64,000 bases of DNA from Felis catus (lineage: Eukaryota), in the NCBI RefSeq assembly GCF_018350175.1, contig NC_058368.1:88040001-88104000 (forward strand), read 5' to 3'. Every line of letters starts with the position of its first letter. The stretch's first letter is position 1. This document shows positions 47,297 through 61,649 of the stretch, piece by piece. The position numbers and the translations under genes were made by a program. The notes under the pieces were generated by a model that ran no database searches, had not been told where the DNA came from, and worked only from the letters and a program-made list of their open reading frames with translations.

Positions 47297-47428
47297 NNNN
47301 NNNNNNNNNNNNNNNNNNNNNNNNNNNNNNNNNNNNNNNNNNNNNNNNNNNNNNNNNNNNNNNNNNNNNNNNNNNNNNNNNNNNNNNNNNNNNNNNNNNN
47401 NNNNNNNNNNNNNNNNNNNNNNNNNNNN
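47297..47428. other. Assembly gap (132 N) near the expected 3' end of ARF1
   Basis: Run of n characters. Confidence 0.99.
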
Positions 47429-48271
47429 TCTGAGGATTTCCCCAAGATAAAGTTGAACGGCTCCAGCTTCTTCAGTGTTTATCAAAATACGAAAGAAAAA
47501 AGTAGACGTCGTCGTTTCGGTGGCAAACCTGACCCTTGCAGGCTGAGGGAGTGAAAGCACATGTGGACGGGGGCTCCGGGGGTCCCCCTGAGGGCCCTGG
47601 GAGTGGTGGCCGCAGCCCCCAGCCCATCCCCCCTGGGCGGCCATGTGGGCACAGGTGCGAGGACAAACGCTAGGGGAGGCAGGACCACCGGAGACAGCAA
47701 ATCACGGGGACCCTGTCGTGACCATGCAGGATAGACCATGGCCGGCTCTGCCCCGTCACGTTCCCGACAGGAAACGGATCACCGGTGGACCAGACGCCAG
47801 CCCTTTACCGCAGAACCTAACCAGGCACGTTTCTCCCTTCCGTGTGTTCAAGTGTTCTCCTTGCCTTGTGTTTTTATCTGTTTTAAAAATGCACTGAGTT
47901 CGGGTTAAAAACCAACCACCAAAATCGAGTCCAACACAGACCTAACGCCCATAGGAGAAGCGAGCGCCAGGCTGGCCCTGACAGCAACTCCTGGGGGCCC
48001 CGTGAGCCTAAAATCCCTTCTCAGTACTGAACAGTGGGCTGATTCTTTTTACAATAAAAAAAGCTGAGTAATATTGCATAGGAGTACCAGAAACTGCCTC
48101 GTTGGGAACAGAAACTATTTACATTAAATAAAAACCCGGCTGCAGGCTGCGTCTGCACATTTACAGCATGGTGAAGCACACTGTGACCGACCATGGAGAC
48201 AGCTTCTGGCACTCACACCACATGAGAGTAAAGCAGGGTGGAAGGAGGGAGTGGGGGGGAGGGGGCGCGGC

Positions 48272-49224
<953 letters not shown>

Positions 49225-50089
49225 TCACAGGGTGGAAGCTAACCACACCTGGTTCCCAAGCAGCAGAAGGGAGACTGATGTACAACCCGCAGAGGGAATG
49301 CTGTTCACCGAATGGCTGTGGCTTTCACAGGACGCAAGCTCCTCAACCATGCAACAAGAGGGGCCAGAAACAACCATCCCGGCAGTGACGCAGGCCAGAA
49401 CCAACCACACCAACGTGACGTGCTCAGAGCTTAGCGCTCACCCACAGACCGGATTCGGAGCCAGATAGCATCTAGGCTCTTGGGCAGCACACAGGCCATG
49501 AAGTCCCAGGGGGAGCGACCCCATGGGCCGCATCAGGGACTGCATTTGCCACAGGCTCCCCTTGTTCAGAGCAGAAACACTGGGCCCAAGGGAGTGGTCT
49601 TCCATCCCACAGCCCCCAGGGCACAGGAGCCACCCGGGCCTGACCTCCCCATAGGCGGGCACTTTCATTTCCAAACAGGCACCTAGAAGAGCTGGCCACC
49701 TTCTCAAATGCACACTGTTTGGGAATCTGGGTGTTTATGGCTGGCTGCCTTTATGAAGCCAAGCACCCAGACGCTGGGCAGCCTTTACAGAGTGCCCGCA
49801 AGGCCAGGAAGAAGCCTGGCCACCTGCCCCCGCCCCCAGGAGTTCCATGGTCTGCGGGAGTTGCAGAGGGTACAGGTCTGCCCTGTGTCACCAGCTGAGA
49901 CCACACATGTTCCCACTCCTGGTCAGCACCCAACACACCCACTTTACCGCCAGGACGCCTGTCAGTTCTGTGCCAGTCCAGTCAGCACTGGGTGGAAATC
50001 ACCCACCCCACTGTGAACCTGACGCTCCCACGGGCCTGGGCATGCCAGCAGAGGCCTTCAAGCTGGTTTCTGTGCACTTGTTGCTGTTG

Positions 50090-50195
50090 TTAAAGATTTT
50101 ATTTTTTAAGTCATCTCTACACCCAACGTAGGGCCTGGCCTCACAACCCTAAGATAAAAGTCCCACACTCCAGTGAATGAGCCGGCTGGACGCCG
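50090..50195 (-). mobile_element. Short old Can-SINE
   Basis: 'taaagattttattttttaagtcatctctacacccaacgtaggg...tcacaaccctaagataaaagt'. Confidence 0.7.
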
Positions 50196-50819
50196 TGCCT
50201 CAGTGCATTTTTGACAATTTATTGCTGCTATTACCTATTCAAAAAATTAAAATTTAAAACGACCTTTACTGTAACGCTTCCTTTTCTGCAGACAGCCCAT
50301 TCTCCTAATATATACAGAGGATGACAAATCCTTTGGGAACACAGAACGGACCAAACACACACATTCAAACTCGGCTCGCTGTTGAAATCACTAATGAATA
50401 GGTGCCCAAGCGACAAAGACAAACAGAAAAAGGGGGAGACAGGTTCTGGGAGCAATGAGAATGTGGCTGGACCTTCCAGGAGCAACAGACCCAGGAGCAA
50501 CAGACCCAGGAACTCTGCCACCCATGTCCAGGCGGGAGGGTGTGGGTGCACACTGTGCTGCACACAAGGACAGACACCCACAGGCCGCCGAGCCAGGACC
50601 CATGGCTGCCTGCATCTGGATGACCGCAAACAGCCATGCAAGTCTCCCTCTAAGAGCCACCAATGGAAGAGAACAAAAGAAAAGAAGGAATTTGGGGGGA
50701 AGGAAGAGAGAAGACTATTTCAAAGGAAAAAACAAACAGAACCCCCAACCCTCACATGGCTGCAGCCAACAAGGTGGGGACCCGGTGCCCACAAAACAAG
50801 AATGGGGAGTCAGAACACA

Positions 50820-51955
50820 GCAGACCTGACGGCCAAGGTGAAACACACAAACCTGTGCACACGTGATGGAAAAAAAAAGGATACTTTCGCTATGGGGATG
50901 TCTTTTCAGATACGACACCAAAGGCATGGTCAATAGAAGAGGTGATGAGCTGAACTTTGTGAAAGCTACAAACTCCCAATCCGGGAACAACCAGGTCAAG
51001 GGTCAAGAGAACGGGAAGATCAACCAGACAGAATATTTGCAAGAGACACGCCTGATCACGGACTGCCATCTACGAAATGCCAAAAAAAAACACTTAGAAC
51101 TTGATACCCAGCAGACTGAAACTGCACGTAAGAATTTTAAAATGGGTCAATGACCTTAACAGACCCCTCCCCACAGAAGACCTACAGATGGCAAATGAGC
51201 ACGAGAAAAATCTCCAAGTCAGTATGTCTTCGGGAAATGCAAACGAGAACACCCAGCTGCCCACTACACACCTATGAGAAGGACCCAAACCCCTCACACC
51301 CGCACAAGCTGCATACCATGGGGGGGGGGGGGGGGTCACAGGAACTCTGCCTTGCTGGTGGGGACCTGAAACCACACAGTCACCGTGGAAGCGTTTGGTG
51401 GTTTCTCAAAAAACCAAACATTGTTGCACGGTGCGACCCAGCAGTCGAGCTTCTGGGCCTTTACACAAAATCCTGGACACGGATGTTTACGGCAGCTTAC
51501 CCACAACCACCCAAACTTGGAAGAACCAAGACGTCCTCCACGAGGTGACGGGTGAAGAGACTGCGGTCCATCCACACCAAGCGACATCACTCAGCACTAA
51601 AGAGAAATGGCTTAACCACATGTCACTAAGTGGAAGCAGCCAATCCAAGACGGCTGCGCACTGTGGGACTCCAAGTGCCCAGCTCTCTGGAAAAGGAAAA
51701 CCACGAAGACAGGAAAAGGATCCCCCCAGTGGCTTCGGGGATTAGGGAAGGGAGGGATGACTCGGGACACAGGGGGGCTGGGCTGTCAGGGTGGTGACAG
51801 CCATCACGTGATGGGTCCATGTCATCCCATACTTGTCCTCCCCACGAAAGGATGGGCCCTGGGTGCTGCAACATCAATGCGGGTCCCCCAGGTGGGAACA
51901 CTGCCCTGAGGGAGTCTGTGCCTTCCCCACGGTTATGCTGTGAACTGAAAACAGC
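50820..51955 (+). mobile_element. Old LINE-1 3' region (L1MC-like), copy B
   Basis: L1 ORF2 C-terminal remnants ('ttcagatacgacaccaaaggcatggtc', 'cagaatatttgcaa', 'acagatggcaaatgagcac', 'gggaaatgcaaa'), followed by the block shared with copy A. Confidence 0.8.
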
Positions 51956-53206
51956 TCCCAAGGCTTGCAGGATGAGGGGGAAAGGACAGAAATTCTAAAC
52001 CAAACAAACAAATTTACCATCTGACTGATGGAAACTCCAAAAAACAACACAGGAAAGCGTGGGGAGGAGATTCTGCTGTGACACCCTGCAGGAGCACAGA
52101 AACCTCTAGCCTGAAAAGAGCCTGGGGTACAGACACGGACACAGATGCAGTCTGAGAACACCAAGGGTCCCAGCACTCTACCCCAGTGACACAGCAGTGC
52201 CCTCAGCCAAGGTGGCGATGCAGGGGAAGGGCAGAACAAGGGCCATGTCCCTGCAAAGAGGTGGAGGAGGGAGGCAGAACTCCAAGAAGGGGACACACCA
52301 CAGGCATGGCTTTACAGTGGGGCCTGGCCATCCCAGGGCAAGGGAAAAACCGATGACAGGTACAGAAGGCCCGAGGATGAAAATGAACACAAGAGATCAC
52401 TTGAAACATATGCCATCCCCACCTGGCTCTGCAGCAGGTGATCCCTCCCCCAGCCATACTCTTCCTGTTGCTGGGGTGAGGGTGATCCAGAGGCTGAGGC
52501 CAGCCCGCACTGTCCAAGCGGACCCCCAAGGGGGTGTCATCAGCACGCTCATCTAGAGATGTGGCCATTGCAGTGGAGCCACGACAGGGGTGATCTTGGG
52601 GAGACAGGAGGGGGTGGGCTATCTCCACTTGTCTTAGCACTAATGTAATCTTGTCCTTACCATGATCACAGAGTCCTGGGGACCGAGGGGTAAAAATGTC
52701 ACTTGCACTCTCCCCAGCCCCCACGTGGGCAGGCAGACCATCTCAGGGTAAAACTGCCTGTTAGCCTCCTCCCCCCAGCGTGCCGCCACCAGCCCCCAAG
52801 TCCTCACTTGCCCACACACTGCCCCTGGCCTGCTCGGCTCTGCTGAGCCCTTGTTACCAATGTGGTCTGGGTCCTTCCCCTGTGGTTCTTCAACACATCA
52901 AACTCTGGAGCCCCAAGGGGACAGACGAGGTGAGCATGCAGTCTCGGGTGCAAGACACTACCACACGGGCACTTGGTCTCCCCCAGCCGAGAAGCGTCTA
53001 CACCTGCACCTGGCCCACGACCCTGCTGGCTCCTGGCCTACCCCAGCACATTTACTGTTTTGCAAAATGTCAAGACCTAACAGAGGATCTGCCACAGGAG
53101 AAAGGTGGACCTCAGGAGAAAGGTGGACCTCGGAGCCATCCTGTGGCCTATGTCACACCCTCTGCCACCAGAATCCCTTAAGCTCAAATCAAAACACATC
53201 TTTCCT

Positions 53207-53433
53207 GGGGCGCCTGGGTGGCGCAGTCGGTTAAGTGTCCGACTTCAGCCAGGTCACGATCTCGCACTCCGTGAGTTCGAGCCCCACGTTGGGCTCTGGG
53301 CTGATGGCTCAGAGCCTGGAGCCTGTTTCTGATTCTGTGTCTCCCTCTCTCTCTGCCCCTCCCCCGTTCATGCTCTGTCTCTCTCTGTCCCAAAAATAAA
53401 TAAACGTTGAAAAAAAAAATTAAAAAAAAAAAC
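53207..53433 (+). mobile_element. Young felid-type Can-SINE (SINEC_Fc-like)
   Basis: Full length with poly-A tail. Perfect 16-bp TSD 'aaaacacatctttcct' at 53191-53206 and 53434-53449. Confidence 0.96.
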
Positions 53434-54107
53434 AAAACACATCTTTCCTGTTTACGATGATGACCCTCTGCATCAGTGAGCAATGAAAACACAGACTTTC
53501 TCAGAAGGGCTCCCTCCAGCCCCACAGCCTCGAGGGAACAAGTTTTCCCTCTGTTAGGACCAGAAACAACGTAAAGCAAAGACCTTGGCGGCCCACGTTC
53601 TCGAATAAAGAGGTCTATGTGGCTACAGGTCAAGGCCAGCAATGGGGCCTCCGTGGGGAAGCCAGTCCAGCCAGAAAGAAATGTAGCTTTGTGAGTTTAC
53701 GCCCGTTCCGCTCCAATAAATGAATCCAACATGACTGGTTTAGCTGCCAAAGAGAAAAAACTTACTCTGACTTCCGCCTGCAACCCCAGCCTCTCCTCTG
53801 ACAGGCCTCTGAGGTTTCAGAGTAAGCAAGGAACAAAGTCTGTCACCTTCTCTGAAATCATCGACTCAGCAGAATCTCTACCAGCGAAGACCAAGATGAC
53901 CTGAGCAGTTTGCCATCATGGCCAAGAGGCAACCACCAACCTGGAGCTTGATTTGACCCAGGGAGACAAACACATTGGGGTTTGGGCTCCATTCTGCACT
54001 GCGGACACAATGCACCACTCGGCCTCCTCCATAAAGGGGAGCTCAGATGTTTGAGTTCCCTACATGAGTGAAAAGCTGGGTGACCTCTCAGCTCTTCATC
54101 TTTCAGC

Positions 54108-54340
54108 CTTATTTTTTAATTTTTTTAACCTTTTTTATTCATTTTTTAAGAGAGAGAAAGAGAGACACAGAGCACGAGCAGGGGATGGGCAGAGAGAGAG
54201 GGAAACACAGAATCTGAAGCAGGCTCCAGGCTCTGAGCTGTCAGCACAGAGCCCGACACAGGGCTCAAACTCACCAATGGTAAGATCATGACCTGAGCTG
54301 AAGTCAGACACTTAACTGGCTGAGCCCCCCAAGTGCCCCC
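54108..54340 (-). mobile_element. Can-SINE
   Basis: Antisense: T-rich tail, (GA)n, then 'gcaggctccaggctctgagctgtcagcacagagcccgac...tgacctgagctgaagtc'. Confidence 0.92.
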
Positions 54341-54632
54341 CCACTTCTTACAAGTCAAGTTTATTGGACTCAACTTAGATACAGTAACATGTTCCGCCTC
54401 ACAGTTCCTACCCTCGTTTTGATTTTTCCAAAGCTCATATGCACTAGGAACCGTTTTTTAAGGGTCTCATGAATGAGCAACTGCTTTCTAGCAGCCCCCT
54501 ATGTGCACCAGTCGTCAATCACTCCAGCCCCATCCATCCCTGACACAGCAGCCACCTATGTGCACAGGTTGTCAATCACTCAAAGCCCCATCCATCCCTG
54601 ACATATAGATCCTAAGTGTAAAATGGGTCCTC

Positions 54633-54822
54633 AGGGCTCCTGGGTGGCTCAATCCACTGAGCGTCCTACTCTTGATTCAGCTCAGGTCTTGATCCCAGGA
54701 TCATGGGATAGAGCCCTGCGTCCACACTCAGCGTGGAGCCCGCATGAGATTCTGTCTCCCTCTGCCCCTTTCCCTGCTCGCGCTCTCTTAAAAAATTAAA
54801 TAAAAATACATACATAAATAAA
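54633..54822 (+). mobile_element. Can-SINE (older)
   Basis: 'gggctcctgggtggctc...ctcttgattcagctcaggtcttgatcccagg' and A-rich tail. Confidence 0.85.
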
Positions 54823-55369
54823 AGGGGCCCTCTACTTTTGTAGGCCATATGATCACATGTAATCTCTTGCAAACTGCTTTCTGCACACCAGCTTTGGACT
54901 CCAGGGCCTCAGCTAAACAAATAAAACCTCAGGCCATCACCCTACCCATCAGCACAACATGTCATTCTGTAGCCTAGGGCTTCTTCTACAGCAGAGTATA
55001 TTACCTAGTGTACCTAGTTTGTAAACACCAGTGGACCAGGAAAACTGAACGTGCCAGTACTAGTGCTAGGCAGATACACCACAGAGCCCTAACGCAGTGT
55101 GACACACAGGAATCCACACAGCCAGAGGGGACACTACGCAGCCCGGCACACCCAAGGCACCTAAGTGGACTGATCTCTCTTATTTCCATCAGTTTTATTC
55201 CTATGACTGACCTATACCTTGTATTAGTTTCAGGTATGCAACAAAATGTCTCCCTGTAATTACGTGTTCACAACTCTAGCTAACACCCACCACCTCACAC
55301 AGTTCCATGTTACTCTCCTGTGAGAATTTCCAAGGTTTCTAACAGCATCCAGTACTGTCAATGGGTCAC

Positions 55370-55540
55370 CACACTGCCCCCCACGTCCCAGGACATGTCT
55401 CTTTCCACCTTCACTCAGCTCCCCCTCCCCCACCACATCCCAGGACATGTCTATCTTCCACCTTCACCCAGCTCCCCACCACCACATCCCAAGACATGTG
55501 TACCTTCTTCTTCACCCAGCTCCCCAACCCCCCCTGCCCC
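55370..55540. repeat. ~55-bp tandem repeat, 3 degenerate copies
   Basis: 'cac(g/a)tccca(g/a)gacatgt...ccttcac(t/c)cagctcccc' three times. Confidence 0.8.
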
Positions 55541-56187
55541 CACCCTGTACCACTAGGAACTTTCCATATGAAACACACACTGTAGAACCAGATCATTCTG
55601 ACCAGCACCCCAAGGCCAGTTCTGATGAGGAACTGCCTACGGACTGCCATCGGGCCTTCCGGCACAAACCTTCAGGGTGTTTTACGGGACCCAGTCAGGC
55701 CCAAGGGCTGGCCCCTGTGCAGTGATCCCAGCCCCCACCCCCACCCCTCACTTCACACTCAGCCTATGGTGGCTGCCGGTGGGGGCAGGACCTGGCAAGT
55801 CTGACTCCAAGGGCACAACACTACTGAGATTCAATTTAGCTGGCTCTTTGCCAGCTTCTGATTCAATGTGAAATGTAACACCCAGAAATGAGTTTCCTCA
55901 TCACTTACTGCTCCTATCAACAGTAACACAGCAATGTGAATACCCAAGGGCCACTGTCCACTGTCCACCAGAACAGGCACCGGTGGGACAGTCTAACCAC
56001 ACGCAACGAACCCTGCTCACCACCAGCTACAAAAAACAAGGCACTGAACAGAAGAACATGTTTACGGTTCCTAGTTCCCGCTTATTCAGTCTTACACTTT
56101 TACTTACTGTTTTGTAACATAACTACTCTCTAAACACTTCACCAAACTTCTGTTCTTCTGAAATGTATACAATGGAGCAAAATCCTA

Positions 56188-56410
56188 AGGGGTGCTGAGT
56201 GGCTTGGTGGGTGGAGCATCTGTCTGACACTGACTTCAGCTCAGGTCATGATCTCAGGGCTTGTGGGTTCGAGCCCCACGTTGGGCTCTGTGCTGATAGC
56301 TCAGGGCCTGGAACCTGCCACGGATTCTGTGTCTCCCTCTCTGTCTCTCCTCCGCTCACGGTCTCTCTCAAAAATAACTGTTAAAAAATATATATATATT
56401 AAAAAAAATC
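56188..56410 (+). mobile_element. Can-SINE
   Basis: 'tgacttcagctcaggtcatgatctc...gggttcgagccccacgttgggctctgtgctga' and A/TA tail. Confidence 0.88.
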
Positions 56411-56482
56411 CTACGTAGGCTAGCCCAATGTAACCAATACCCTTCTACAGAAGACCAATGAATACAAATGTCACATGTGTCT

Positions 56483-56615
56483 CCAACTAGACAACAAGGA
56501 CCAACGAGACACAGTCCACGCAGGACCCTCGACACACGTGTCACACTTTCCAACTAGACAACAAGGACGGATCAGACACGGTCCACGCAGGACCCTGGAC
56601 ACATGGTCTCCAACC
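56483..56615. repeat. ~66-bp tandem duplication
   Basis: 'tccaactagacaacaaggac....agacac(a/g)gtccacgcaggaccct(c/g)gacaca' twice, plus the start of a third copy. Confidence 0.85.
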
Positions 56616-58535
56616 CGAGAGAAGGAGACACACAAGTTGAGCCTGGCCAGGATGCTGCTGTGTGGAAGAGCCCCTCAGCTCTCTGCATCTGTCCTGATGG
56701 CAGACGCGGACCACTCCACAGTATTTTCTTATTCCTGATTGGTTGCTGGCCACGAGGCCTTCCACTTCTGGCTCCTGCAGTCATGAAGGTCCCACAGTAT
56801 TCTAGCCCATAGGACGGACACTTGGCCTCCCATTCTACTCTGGCTTACACCTAAGGGCACAGATACCCTCTCTGACCCCAAATGCAGTCAAGTCTGAAAG
56901 ACTTGTTACTGAAAAAAACTGAAGATCAAAAAAGCAAATTTGCATCAACCGACAACACTGAAATGCACAACAAATTGAGCCGAAAACGGGGAAATTCAAG
57001 TAATCTGTGAGCACAAGGCAAAGCAGCATCTGAGAAACCATGGCAGCTGTACAGCACCTAACAGCCTGAGAAGGGTCCTGCCACCGACCTTACCGATCCG
57101 CGCAAGCCTGGACCAGCTGCAGGGGAACACAGGAAAATGTGTCCAGAGACCCTGGGGCCCCACCCTGGCCACACCCCCAGCACCTTCTCCACGGAGGTGC
57201 CCGCTCAGTCTGTCACTCCACCATCCGCAGGAAGCAGCCCTTTGGCTCCAAGCTCAGCACACTCACACACGGAGGGCGAGCAGGACACGAGTGGGGCAGA
57301 AGGGTGAGGAGTGCCAGCACGTGCACAATGAACAGACTGTCAGGGGCATCTCTCTCGGTGGGGTCCCCACAAACGTGCTGTGGCCAGTCGCTGCACCTTC
57401 TCCTACCACATGGACTCCAAGGGGCCAGAGACCCCCGTCCACACCCTCCAAGGACGGGGAGGTAGGAGCAAGCCCTCCTGCAAACCACCCAGGGTGGCAG
57501 GAGGTCCTGAAGCTCTCTCGCACAGGGCCAATCCTCAACCCTCGGTCTGGGTCTTCAAGGGACTTGGAGGGACCATTACTGAGAACAAAATTAAAAACCC
57601 GCAGCCCCACCTCTTCTGGTGGAAGCTTGGGGGGGGGGGGGCCCTCCGCCGGAACTCCCAGCACTGGACAGCTCTGAGAACCACTCCTCCGACCCTGACT
57701 GCAACCTCAGGCAGCCCTGGTGGGGGGTGGGGGATGACTCTGGTTCACATGCCTAATCACACCATTCTCCACCTGAAGCCTCTCGAGGGTCCCCACCGAC
57801 CCCTAGGCCGGACAGGTCAGCACTCTGCATTCACACTCTGGTGCCACCCTCCACAGGACCCCATCTCTACTCCTCCCCACAGGTCTCCACCAACACCAAA
57901 CCCCCAACATTAACCAAGAACCTCCTCTCCATCCCCCTCGTCCCCAGATCTGCCTGCCTCACCCTCTGAAAGGCAGTCCCCCCACCCCCCGGTACCTGCC
58001 TGTGCCCTGGCATCCTTATCTCTCCTCTGGCACCAGCAGAGGCCCACTAGGCAAAGTCAGATGCCTGCACACCACCCGCCAGGAAGGGTCCTCACAAGGG
58101 TCGGAGCCGACACGCCCATGGAGCTTCACAGTGCCACCCCACCATCCCGAGAGGAAGCTGGCAGCCGGCACAGCTGGGGTACGTCCCGTCCTGCAGCTCC
58201 ATCTGCTCATCACAGGGAAGTCACAGGACAGTGAGTTGCTGGCGAGTGTGAGCCCCCACACAGGAAGCTCCGAGGAACCACCCACCAGGGACCAGGGACC
58301 ACTGCAGACCCACACGCTCACTTCCCATACACAGGGCGGCTGCATCCACCACACAGGCCATTTTCTCCTGGAAACGGAGGGCAGCTCTTGAGAAGGTACC
58401 ACAGAGAACAGAATGCAATCTCCCTTGATTTACAAGGTAGTTGCATTCCTGGAAAATTCAGAACATCTATCAAGGCTGCGTACAAAAAAGAAAAAGTGGT
58501 TTGGTACACAAACCACGATGGAGTGTAGGAAATCA

Positions 58536-58750
58536 CTTTTTTTTTTTTAATTTTTTAATGTTTATTTATTCTTGAGAGAGAGACAGACAGACAGAGAGGC
58601 AGAGAGAGAGGGAGACACAGAATCTGAAGCTGGCTCCAGGCTCTGAGCTGTCAGCACAGAGCCTAACGTGGGGCTTGAACACACGAACCCACAAGATCAT
58701 GACCTGAGCCAAAGTCAGAAACTTAACCAACTGAGACACCCAGGTGTCCC
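58536..58750 (-). mobile_element. Can-SINE
   Basis: Antisense SINE ending 'ccaactgagacacccaggtgtccc', flanked by imperfect 'gaaatca..ctttt' repeats. Confidence 0.92.
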
Positions 58751-60909
58751 AGAAATCAGACTTTTTATGACCTGAGGGCACATGGAACATACTCTTTCTG
58801 GGGACGAGGACCACTGGCCTGCAGCAGGTCTCCCCAGGCCCCCCTGCCCTCCTCACCTGCTCCTGACAGTTCTCCAAACAGCCACGTGCCCCTGCCTGGG
58901 AGAGGCTTTCTGTTACCAGACCCGCAGGACCCTGCACCCCATTCTGCTCACTGCCCCAGCACCACACATCCACCCGTTCCCTCCTCTGAGGCACACTTCC
59001 CTGGGCATCCGAGACTGACCGTCAGGGACAGGAGGAAAAACTGTAAAAGCACATCTATCAGGGCGCAGAAATTAATCACACACATCTACACATACGCTTC
59101 TCCTAAAATTGAGTTTGTGGGGAAGAAGCCATCCAGTCAACAATGAACTCCACACTGGAACAATATGACCGTCCTGAACATTTCAGGGAAGGAACTAAGA
59201 CTGAAAGTCACTGTTGACTGCATGGGACCTGCCCTCAGGTACCAGCAACGGGGACTTAGTGCCTTTTCGTCCATCTCCCCAGGAACTGGCAGTCTCCCAT
59301 CACTTTGACAGACAAAAACACTGAAAACTGTAAATATCTTCAGCCAAGTTTCACCACCAAAATCAACACAACAGACAGTATTTTAAGTATAAATTAATGG
59401 ATTCAGTTAATTAGGAACCCCATGCTCACCTACAAATGACAGGAAAATTCACAGGATAACGCTGTTGACAGCAATGTTTGAGACAGCCTTTGTTTTGGAT
59501 CCAGTGATCAAAACGCTGGCACGTCTAACTCACCCTTCATTCCCACTGTTCACGAAGGAGACCAGACGGAATCTTGAAATTGTTTCCTTGGCCACTGGCC
59601 GAAGTCATACCGATGGGACACTGACACTTCACAGTAAAGTTTTCAGGACCTTAGAGAACCAGAACCCCCAAGCTTCCTGTTTAGCTTCCATGTACGACTC
59701 CACAAAACTGATTTCCTACGTAACACAAACCGAAAAGCATCAGGTATTTGCCAGATGAAGTGCCTCTTAGAACCCTTTCCAGCACCCCTTCAAGAAGCAA
59801 AGCTTATTAAATTCTGACTAGACGCTAGTTAGTGTTTCCCAAATCTACCATGTACTTCCAACTTCTAGAACTGTGTGTGGATCATAACTGGGCATCCAGT
59901 AATTTATGTTACGCACTAAGGGTCACCTCTGTGGCCTCAAGAGATACAGAAAAGTCGGCCTCCTGAACAGAATCACTCCCACATCTGTAACATCTCCCTG
60001 CCTTTTATGTTTTTGTGGTTGCTTCCCGACTTTAGTCAGGGCTGCCGATGACAGGATGCCAAGCTCTGGTGGCCACGGTGCGCAGAGACCAGGAAATAGG
60101 GGTCCATGGGGACCCAGTGGAGGGTGGCACGTCCCCGCATCAGTCAGCTCTGCCACTGCTTCCAACTCCTGGAAGGAAGCTGAGGAGGTGGGGGGGGGGG
60201 GAGGAGGGGGTTGCTGAGGGACTCCTAGGAATCAGGAGCTTGGATGCTTTTGTGCCAACCTTGCCACATTGCTTTCCACTAATCAGGCCACCTGACCCCT
60301 CCAAGTGTGGACCACCTTCCTGAACAGTGACAAAGCCATAAAGCTGCAATGCCATAACTGTCACACACCTATGCTTTCAAGAGTGCCTAATAATCACCAG
60401 AACAAGCACCCGAGAGGTTACACTGTGACCTGGAATTACCCCCCTCCCCCACACACTCATAAACTCGGCAAAGCCGTCCTTTGCCAGCAGGCAGGGTTCC
60501 GGCCAACCCTCTCCCAGATCAAAATCGCTTCTAAAAGACTGGACACTGCCACACCAATGAGGAGCAGAGAGCACAGCTCAACTCTCTCATTTTAAGAACC
60601 CTGAGACCCGGCCTCCAGGCTCTCCAATGAGCACAGGGGTTTCCATGTGACTGTGACATCAACTCCGCAGCTCATAGCCCACACTGACTTTACCGGAGCC
60701 CACGGGACAGGGAAGTGCAGTGGAAGTGTCCTCTTGAGTTGTCCATGACACAAAGCAAGTAACCAGACCACATGACCTACAAAGCAGAACCATGAGGGGC
60801 CAGAACCAGCTTCCCCTTCTGCACTTTCCTTAGACGCTGATTGCTCAGCACGTAAGTTAGCCGTTCGCCAAGCCAGACATTTATAGTCTTGTGTCTGCAG
60901 ACAGGGACC

Positions 60910-61435
60910 ATGCCAGGGGGCCTCCTGGAGACAGGAACCTGTGCACTCTCCCAGCAACCAAACCAGCTCTGTGCTTGGACACGACCAGACATGGGCTCAT
61001 ACACACACACTCCTGCCAGGGGGGCCTCCTGGAGACAGGGACCTGTGCGCTCACCCAGCAACCACGGACCAGCTCTGCACTTGGACACCACCAGACTTGG
61101 GGCTCATACACATACACTCCGCCAGAGGCCTCCTGGAGACGGGGACATGTGCGCTCACCCGGCAATGACAGACCAGCTCTGCACTTGGACACGACCAGAC
61201 ATGGGGTTCATACACACACACTCCTGCCAGGTGGCCTCCTGAAGACAGGGACGTGTGCACTCACCCAGCAACCAAACCAGCTCTGTGCTTGGACACCTCC
61301 AGACTTGGGGCTCATACACATACACTCCTGCCAGGGGCCTCCTGGAGACGGAGACATATGCGCTCATCCCAGCAACCAGACCAGTTCTGCGTCGGAAATG
61401 GCCGGACTTGGGGTACACACACACACACACACACA
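60910..61435. repeat. ~104-bp tandem repeat, ~5 copies, in ARF1 intron 1
   Basis: 'cctcctg(g/a)agac' at 60921, 61025, 61129, 61235 and 61338. The last copy ends in an expanded (CA)n. Confidence 0.95.
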
Positions 61436-61649
61436 CACACTCTCCATTCCTTCCATGCAGACCCCTCTGCGAACAGCGCTTGCACTTGTGGCCACTCATG
61501 TGGCTGCTGAAAACCACACACACCTGGCCAGTGTCAGCGGAGCCACGACGTGGCCCGGCGTCTCGCACACACGCACACGCACGCACCGCTGGAAACGCAG
61601 GTCCAACCATGCAGACGGCGGGCAGAGGAGTGCTGACCACTCGCTCACT

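Noticed and set aside
48053-48132. Two plus-strand AATAAA hexamers
   Set aside because: They are antisense to U-rich elements of the ARF1 3' UTR, and C1orf35 already has its own signal at 46404.
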